Part shown: positions 58,004 to 64,000 of the stretch, in pieces
How positions within the stretch are numbered: position 1 is the stretch's first letter
Layout of the letters: every line of letters starts with the position of its first letter
Assembly (NCBI GenBank): GCA_965219575.1
Contig: OZ244779.1
Span: 972,769-1,036,768 of the forward strand
Length of the DNA stretch: 64,000 nt
Direction of reading: 5' to 3'
Source of the DNA: Candidatus Oxydemutatoraceae bacterium
Lineage (GTDB): Bacteria > Pseudomonadota > Gammaproteobacteria > Poriferisulfidales > Oxydemutatoraceae
Made by a program: the position numbers and the translations under genes
The notes under the pieces: model-generated
Databases searched by the model: none
What the model was told of the DNA's origin: nothing
Seen by the model: only the letters and a program-made list of their open reading frames with translations

Positions 58004-58105
58004 AGTCGTTTATCTACTGAATGTGCTTGAATGCATGAGTATATTACCCGATTTTTTCGCATTATCAAATCTTAGAATAGAGAAATCCGGCAAAACGAGA
58101 ACTTA

Positions 58106-59239
58106 ATGACACGATTTTTTACTTCCGAATCGGTTTCCGAAGGTCACCCCGACAAGATCTGTGATCAGATATCCGACGGTATTTTGGATGCCTTGATAGC
58201 CGAAGATCGCAACAGTCGCGTCGCTTGCGAGGCGATGGTCAAGAATAACCATGTCGTTGTCGGAGGTGAGATTTCCAGCAGTGCCGATATTTGTTATGAA
58301 AGACATATTCGTAGCATTATTGCCGAAATAGGCTACGACGACCCCGGCTTGGGTTTCGATGCCGAACACTGTGGTATATCAATTTTGCTGGGTTTGCAGT
58401 CGTCCGATATCAGTCAAGGCTTAGAACGAGACGAGTCGCAAGGAGCCGGAGATCAAGGTTCGATGTTCGGTTATGCCAGCAACGAGACCGACGAATTAAT
58501 GCCCGCTCCGATTACTTATGCGCATCGCTTGCTCAAGCGACATTCCGAATTGAGACGCGCAAAGACATTACCGTGGCTGCGTCCCGACGCCAAGAGCCAA
58601 CTCAGTTTTCGCTACGAGGACGACAAACCGGTCGGCATATCGGCAATTGTTTTTTCTACCCAGCACGACGAAACGGTGTCGCTTGCCGATATCGAAGAAG
58701 CGGTGAGAGAGCAGATTATCAAAGAAGTATTACCATCGGAATGGTTGTCCGCCGATACCCGTTACCATATCAACCCGACCGGACGTTTCGTGGTCGGTGG
58801 ACCGGTCGGTGATTGCGGGCTGACCGGGCGTAAGATTATCGTCGATACCTACGGCGGCATGGCACGACACGGCGGCGGTGCTTTTTCGGGCAAGGATCCG
58901 TCCAAGGTAGATCGCTCGGCAGCTTATGCTGCGCGTTATGTTGCCAAAAATATCGTTGCAGCAGGTCTAGCCGAGCGTTGCGAGGTTCAGTTGTCTTATG
59001 CAATCGGTGTTGCCGAACCGGTTTCAATCTCGGTGAATACCTTTGCAACCGGTAATTTAGCCGATTCGGAGATCGCATCTTTGGTGAAAAAGCATTTTGA
59101 TTTACGACCTGTGGCAATCATCGAGGATTTGGATTTGTTAAACCCGATATACAAGCAGACTGCGGCATACGGACATTTCGGCAGAGACGATATAAAATTG
59201 CCGTGGGAAAGATGTGATAAGGTAGAATTGTTAAAGTGA
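58106..59239 (+). CDS. metK: S-adenosylmethionine synthetase
   Basis: [42 protein letters not shown]. Confidence 0.99.
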   Translation: MTRFFTSESVSEGHPDKICDQISDGILDALIAEDRNSRVACEAMVKNNHVVVGGEISSSADICYERHIRSIIAEIGYDDPGLGFDAEHCGISILLGLQSSDISQGLERDESQGAGDQGSMFGYASNETDELMPAPITYAHRLLKRHSELRRAKTLPWLRPDAKSQLSFRYEDDKPVGISAIVFSTQHDETVSLADIEEAVREQIIKEVLPSEWLSADTRYHINPTGRFVVGGPVGDCGLTGRKIIVDTYGGMARHGGGAFSGKDPSKVDRSAAYAARYVAKNIVAAGLAERCEVQLSYAIGVAEPVSISVNTFATGNLADSEIASLVKKHFDLRPVAIIEDLDLLNPIYKQTAAYGHFGRDDIKLPWERCDKVELLK

Positions 59240-59266
59240 ACATAACCGATAAAAGGAGATTTACGA

Positions 59267-60577
59267 ATGAGTGTTACAGCGAAAGAATTGGAACAAGATT
59301 ATAGAGTAGCCGATCTAAGCCTGGCCGAATGGGGGGCTAAAGAGATTGCGATCGCCGAGACCGAAATGCCGGGGTTGATAGCATTGCGAGAACAATACGC
59401 CGGGCAGCAGCCGCTTGCCGGGGCGCGTATCGCCGGTTGCTTGCACATGACCGTGCAGACTGCGGTGTTGATACAGACTTTGGTTGCATTGGGCGCATCG
59501 ATTAGATGGGCTTCGTGCAATATCTTTTCCACCCAAGACCACGCCGCTGCGGCGATGGCGGTAGCCGGCATACCGGTCTTTGCATGGAAGGGTGAGAGCG
59601 AATCCGAATATTGGTGGTGTGTAGAGCAAACGATCAGAGGCAAAGACGGTTGGACACCCAATTTATTGCTCGACGACGGCGGCGATTTAACCAAAATGAT
59701 GCACGACGAGTTTCCCGAGTTGCTCAAGGAAGTGAGAGGAGTTTCGGAGGAGACCACCACCGGTGTTAGACGACTGTACGATATGTACGATAAGGGAGAA
59801 TTAGGGACGGTTGCGTTCAATGTCAACGACTCGGTTACCAAGTCAAAGTTTGATAACATCTACGGTTGCCGAGAATCTCTGATAGACGGAATTAAGCGCG
59901 CCACCGATGTGATGATTTCCGGAAAAGTTGCGGTAGTTTGCGGCTACGGCGATGTCGGCAAAGGATCTGCGCAGGCTTTGCGTAGTCAAAGTTGCAGGGT
60001 ATGGGTGACCGAAATAGACCCGATTTGCGCACTGCAAGCGGCGATGGAAGGGTATCGGGTTGTGACGATGGAAGAGGCTGCACCGCAAGCCGATATATTC
60101 ATTACCGCAACCGGTAACTATCATGTAATCAATCACGACCACATCTCGGTAATGAGAGACCAAGCGATTGTTTGTAATATCGGTCATTTCGACGATGAGA
60201 TAGATGTGGCAAGCCTAAAAGATTATCGGTGGATCAACATCAAACCGCAGGTTGATCAAATTGAATTACCCAACGGCAGACGTATTATTCTATTGGCGGA
60301 AGGACGGTTGGTTAATTTAGGGTGTGCGACCGGGCATCCGAGTTTTGTTATGTCCAATTCGTTCACCAATCAGGTACTCGCACAAATAGAACTCTGGCAG
60401 CATAGCGAACGCTATGGTGTCGGCGTACATACGTTACCTAAAGTACTCGACGAAGAAGTTGCACGGTTGCACTTGGCTAAAGTAGGTGCGCAATTAACGA
60501 GATTGAGTCCCGAACAGGCAGGATATATCGGAGTACCTGTGGAAGGACCTTACAAACCCGAGTATTACCGTTACTAA
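59267..60577 (+). CDS. ahcY: Adenosylhomocysteinase
   Basis: [53 protein letters not shown]. Confidence 0.99.
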   Translation: MSVTAKELEQDYRVADLSLAEWGAKEIAIAETEMPGLIALREQYAGQQPLAGARIAGCLHMTVQTAVLIQTLVALGASIRWASCNIFSTQDHAAAAMAVAGIPVFAWKGESESEYWWCVEQTIRGKDGWTPNLLLDDGGDLTKMMHDEFPELLKEVRGVSEETTTGVRRLYDMYDKGELGTVAFNVNDSVTKSKFDNIYGCRESLIDGIKRATDVMISGKVAVVCGYGDVGKGSAQALRSQSCRVWVTEIDPICALQAAMEGYRVVTMEEAAPQADIFITATGNYHVINHDHISVMRDQAIVCNIGHFDDEIDVASLKDYRWINIKPQVDQIELPNGRRIILLAEGRLVNLGCATGHPSFVMSNSFTNQVLAQIELWQHSERYGVGVHTLPKVLDEEVARLHLAKVGAQLTRLSPEQAGYIGVPVEGPYKPEYYRY

Positions 60578-60595
60578 AAATATCGTCGGACACCG

Positions 60596-61333
60596 ATGAG
60601 AGTGTCTAGAGTCTACTACCCGATAGAGATGAAGCCTCGGCAAAGGTTTGAGGTCGACGCTAAAGTACACCACTATCTGAATCGAGTGTTACGCCTTAAT
60701 ACCGGGGCATCGGTGCGTTTTTTTAATCATAAGGGACGCGAATTTCTATGCACACTGACAGACAAAGGTAGACAAAGTAGTACCTTTATGTGTGAAAACG
60801 AAGTTGAAGTACTCCCGGAAATCGATCCTAAAGTTAAGCTCTATTTGGCGGTTTGTAAAAACGACAGCATGGATTTTTCGGTACGGAAAGCAACCGAGTT
60901 GGGTGTGCACGAACTACAACCGCTGATTAGCGAGCGTAGTCTATCGCAAAGTGCCGCCGATAGGCGACGGTTGCACTGGCAAGGTGTTGCGGAAAGTGCC
61001 TGCGAGCAATGCGGCAGAGCGATTATTCCCCGAATAGCAGAACCTATTGCATTACGAGAAATTACGAAAATCGGAGGAGGCGATAAAGCAGTCATCTGCT
61101 GTCTCGACACCCCGATCTCAATCAAAGACCGAGCCGACAAGATTTTGACAAAGTTATTTGAGCGCAAAGCGATGCTACATTTGATGATCGGCCCGGAGGG
61201 TGATTTTAGTGCCGATGAAATTGCCCATGCGATATCACTGGGTTTTGAACCTGCCGGTTTGGGGAATTATGTGCTTCGTAGCGATACCGCCGTTGTTGCC
61301 GCACTAAGCGTCATACGCTTTTTGCGTGCATGA
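60596..61333 (+). CDS. rsmE: 16S rRNA m3U1498 methyltransferase
   Basis: HYLNRVLRL, KATELGV, ACEQCGR, IGPEGDFS, LRSDTA. Confidence 0.95.
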   Translation: MRVSRVYYPIEMKPRQRFEVDAKVHHYLNRVLRLNTGASVRFFNHKGREFLCTLTDKGRQSSTFMCENEVEVLPEIDPKVKLYLAVCKNDSMDFSVRKATELGVHELQPLISERSLSQSAADRRRLHWQGVAESACEQCGRAIIPRIAEPIALREITKIGGGDKAVICCLDTPISIKDRADKILTKLFERKAMLHLMIGPEGDFSADEIAHAISLGFEPAGLGNYVLRSDTAVVAALSVIRFLRA

Positions 61334-61495
61334 AGCTGTCGAAAAAATATTGCTAATCCACCTGTAGGAGCGAATCATTAAACCCAATGGATGAATGTGG
61401 GGCTGTTGAAAAAGTATCTACGAACCATAGGGGCGGACTAAAATTAAATTGCCGATTGACCTACCGGCTCAATCGGTGGCTTTATACTGCCCCGT
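61331..61495. repeat. Repeat mosaic between rsmE and mgtE
   Basis: GGGGCTGTTGAAAAAGTA, TAGGGGCGGACTAAAATTAAATTGCCGATTGACCTACCGGCTCAATCGG (inverse of 2550-2605). Confidence 0.88.
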
Positions 61496-61514
61496 TAATA
61501 TCTCTGTCACCAAC

Positions 61515-62852
61515 CTATATCAAAAACACCGTCGCCAATCCCAAAAAGACTACGACACCTACAATATCGGTGATGGTCGTCAACACCACACTACTGGCAA
61601 GTGCCGGGTCTACACCGAATTTCTTCAACACAATGGGGATTATCACACCGGCACCTGCAGCGCAAATCAAGTTGACGATGATTGCTACGGCAATGATGAT
61701 ACCCACTCCGATATCGTCAACCCACAAAATCGTAATGCTAGCGACGATGATCGCCCAAATGACACCGTTCAAGGAACCCACCGACGCTTCTTTGAGCAAC
61801 AGCATGGTAGGATTGCCTTCGTTTAAACGTTTGGTTGCCAGACCGCGTATCGTAATCATCAAAGTCTGAATGCCGGCTATCCCACCCATGCTTGCAACGA
61901 CCGGTACTAGAACGGCAAGTATGATGATTTGCTGTAGGGTATCTTCAAATAGACTGATGAACCAAGCGGCGATAAACGCGGTGAGTAAATTAACCCCCAA
62001 CCAAGATGCACGTTTTCTAGCCGAACTTAAAACCGGTGCATAGAGATCTTCCTCGCCCGAAGCACCGGAAAAACCGATACGCTCTTGCCGGGGTTCTTTG
62101 CGCAGTACATCCAAGACATCGTCTACGGTGATGCGACCGACAACTTTGTTATCCGTATCTACGACCGCAGCCGATACCAAGTCTCTATCTTCGAACAACG
62201 CAACGACTTCGCTCGCCGGCATCGAGACGGGTATCGCAGTTGCTTCGGTGCTCGTCAAGTCGACAATCAGCGTATCTTTATCGCAGGTGATCAAATCGCC
62301 GATCGATACAACCCCCGAATAGCGGTTCGAATAATCGACGACGATCAAATTATCGGTATGTTGCGGTAGTGTTTTTTTCATTTTGATATAGCGTATTGCG
62401 ACATCTAAGGTGATATTAGTACGCAGCGTCAAAACATCGGGGTTCATCAATCCCCCTGCGGTATCCGCATCGTAAGACAACACCTGTTCCAAACGCCGAC
62501 GACTCTGTGAGTCCATGCCTGCCAACAACTGTCGGGTCACGGTGTCGGGCAAGGGGTCTATCAGGGCGGCAAGATCATCTATTTCCATACCTTCGGTTGC
62601 AAGTAGCAATTCGTCGTCTCGGGTCAGTTCGATCAGGTTTTCGCGTACATCCTCGCTGACTTCTAATAAGATATCGCCCTCTAAAGCGACATCGGTCAGT
62701 TTCCATACGATACGGCGCTCCGGGATAGGTAGGGCTTCCAAAAGATTGGCAATTTCACCGGCATGCAAATTGCTCAGTAATCTTTTTACTTGATCTACTT
62801 TGCCTTTTCGGAGTGTCTCGGATAGATATTCCGGAGTGTTTTGTGCTTCCAT
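61515..62852 (-). CDS. mgtE: Magnesium transporter MgtE
   Basis: YDADTAGGLM, CBS pair (VGRITVDDV), ASMGGIAGIQ, DPALAS, TTITDIVG; start uncertain (62852 or 62873). Confidence 0.95.
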   Translation of the reverse strand: MEAQNTPEYLSETLRKGKVDQVKRLLSNLHAGEIANLLEALPIPERRIVWKLTDVALEGDILLEVSEDVRENLIELTRDDELLLATEGMEIDDLAALIDPLPDTVTRQLLAGMDSQSRRRLEQVLSYDADTAGGLMNPDVLTLRTNITLDVAIRYIKMKKTLPQHTDNLIVVDYSNRYSGVVSIGDLITCDKDTLIVDLTSTEATAIPVSMPASEVVALFEDRDLVSAAVVDTDNKVVGRITVDDVLDVLRKEPRQERIGFSGASGEEDLYAPVLSSARKRASWLGVNLLTAFIAAWFISLFEDTLQQIIILAVLVPVVASMGGIAGIQTLMITIRGLATKRLNEGNPTMLLLKEASVGSLNGVIWAIIVASITILWVDDIGVGIIIAVAIIVNLICAAGAGVIIPIVLKKFGVDPALASSVVLTTITDIVGVVVFLGLATVFLI

Positions 62853-62863
62853 ACTCGTGCCCG

Positions 62864-64000
62864 TTAAGAACAAAATTCGGCTATGCGCGCCGGGTCGGAA
62901 TGTGTTCGCATCCGCTGATATTTACGCTGTAGACCACCGACATCGCTGTCCATAATAATTTGTTTGATTTCAAGTAAGTTATTCGGGTGTACGCTAAATT
63001 CTCTCAATCCCATCGCCAACAGCAGCGTTGTATAACGGCTATCGCCTGCCATCTCTCCGCACATTGCTACCGGCACATTCAATCGCCGCCCGGCATCCAA
63101 AACGATCGATATCAAGTTGAGCACACCGGGGTGTAGCGGATTATACAAGTAGTTGACCTCTTCGTCTATGCGATCTATCGCCAACGCGTATTGAATCAAA
63201 TCGTTCGTGCCTATGGATAGGAAATCGAGCTTACGAGCGAAGGCCTCGGCGGCGAGTGCCGCAGCCGGTACTTCTATCATCCCACCTATTTTGATGTTCT
63301 GCTTGAAACGTCTTTTTTTATCCCTCAATTGCCGTTGCGCCGATTTATAAAATGCCATAATTTGTTCCAACTCGTCGATGCTGGTTAGCATAGGAATCAA
63401 AATGCGCACTTCTCCGTAAACTGAGGCGCGCAATATCGCTCGCAACTGCTGCAAAAACAAATCGGGATTTTTCAACGAGCGACGGATCGCACGCAAACCC
63501 AAAGCCGGATTGGGTGCCATCGGTCCCTCGTAATCCGGATCGAATTCTTTTTCGGCACCCAAATCCAAGGTGCGTATCGTCACCGGCCTATCGGCGGCAA
63601 CCCGCAATATCTTTTTATAAGCGGTGAAATGTTCCTCTTCTCCCACCTCTTTATAGCGGTCTGTATAAAGAAATTCGGTGCGATACAAACCCACACCCTC
63701 GGCACCGCTATGCTTAAAAGCGCGTACCTCCTCGCTCAACTCTATATTGGTCATCAGCTTGATATCGACACCGTCGCGGCTACGGGTCGGTTTGTTCTTC
63801 AACACCGCCAGCTGCTTTTGATGCGCTTTATCGGCTTTAATTTTTTGTTGATACAACTGTATCGTTTGCTTATCGGCACCTGCGATTAGTGCACCGGTGT
63901 TCCCGTCTATGATGACGGTTTCGTTTTCGCAGAGTAGATTGCGTACATTCGCTACGGCAACGATTGCCGGTATACCCAAGCTACGCGCCAAAATCGCAGT
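62864..64000 (-). CDS. ptsI: PEP-protein phosphotransferase (PTS enzyme I), 5' part outside window
   Basis: AILARSLGIPA, GVGLYRTEFL, IRTLDLG, NPALGLRAIR, MIEVPAAA, SIGTNDLIQY, MCGEMAGD. Confidence 0.92.
   Translation of the reverse strand, partial: TAILARSLGIPAIVAVANVRNLLCENETVIIDGNTGALIAGADKQTIQLYQQKIKADKAHQKQLAVLKNKPTRSRDGVDIKLMTNIELSEEVRAFKHSGAEGVGLYRTEFLYTDRYKEVGEEEHFTAYKKILRVAADRPVTIRTLDLGAEKEFDPDYEGPMAPNPALGLRAIRRSLKNPDLFLQQLRAILRASVYGEVRILIPMLTSIDELEQIMAFYKSAQRQLRDKKRRFKQNIKIGGMIEVPAAALAAEAFARKLDFLSIGTNDLIQYALAIDRIDEEVNYLYNPLHPGVLNLISIVLDAGRRLNVPVAMCGEMAGDSRYTTLLLAMGLREFSVHPNNLLEIKQIIMDSDVGGLQRKYQRMRTHSDPARIAEFCS

Noticed and set aside
59240-59266. SAH/SAM riboswitch at metK-ahcY
   Set aside because: The intergenic gap is only 27 nt and no riboswitch motif was recognised upstream of metK

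Overview
A 64-kb chromosomal window from a bacterium whose gene content and order look gammaproteobacterial (inference). The housekeeping backbone is: partial 23S rRNA, 5S rRNA, lepB-rnc-era-pdxJ-acpS, DUF4390-ntrY-ntrX-trkA-trkH, esterase, fused 5-oxoprolinase, argH, tsaC-hemF-hemB-aroE, rpe-trpEGDC, gatCAB, purL, metK-ahcY-rsmE, mgtE and a partial PTS enzyme I. Three accessory layers sit on it. (1) AT-rich, often tandemly amplified glycan-modifying genes: two GT77-like transferases and three TPST-like sulfotransferases that separate 23S from 5S rRNA by ~5.9 kb, a short UDP-sugar dehydrogenase, a NodZ/GT23-like fucosyltransferase, and four mosaic GT25 genes alternating with identically truncated IS3 remnants. 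(2) A pervasive intergenic repeat system of nested modules (GTAG REP hairpins, two MITE-like elements with terminal inverted repeats, a CCCCTCC/GGAGGGG hairpin); these supply stop codons to three genes and appear to have split and restarted aroE. (3) An internally deleted IS1111-type (IS110 family) element inserted at the AG of a GTAG REP, whose retained 3' non-coding region carries short matches to both the REP target and its own circle junction, as expected for a bridge/seekRNA. A small AT-rich island also holds a DUF4143-type ATPase, a decayed tRNA-Ser-like sequence and a PLD-nuclease/winged-helix gene. All calls come from reading motifs by eye; no database searches were run.
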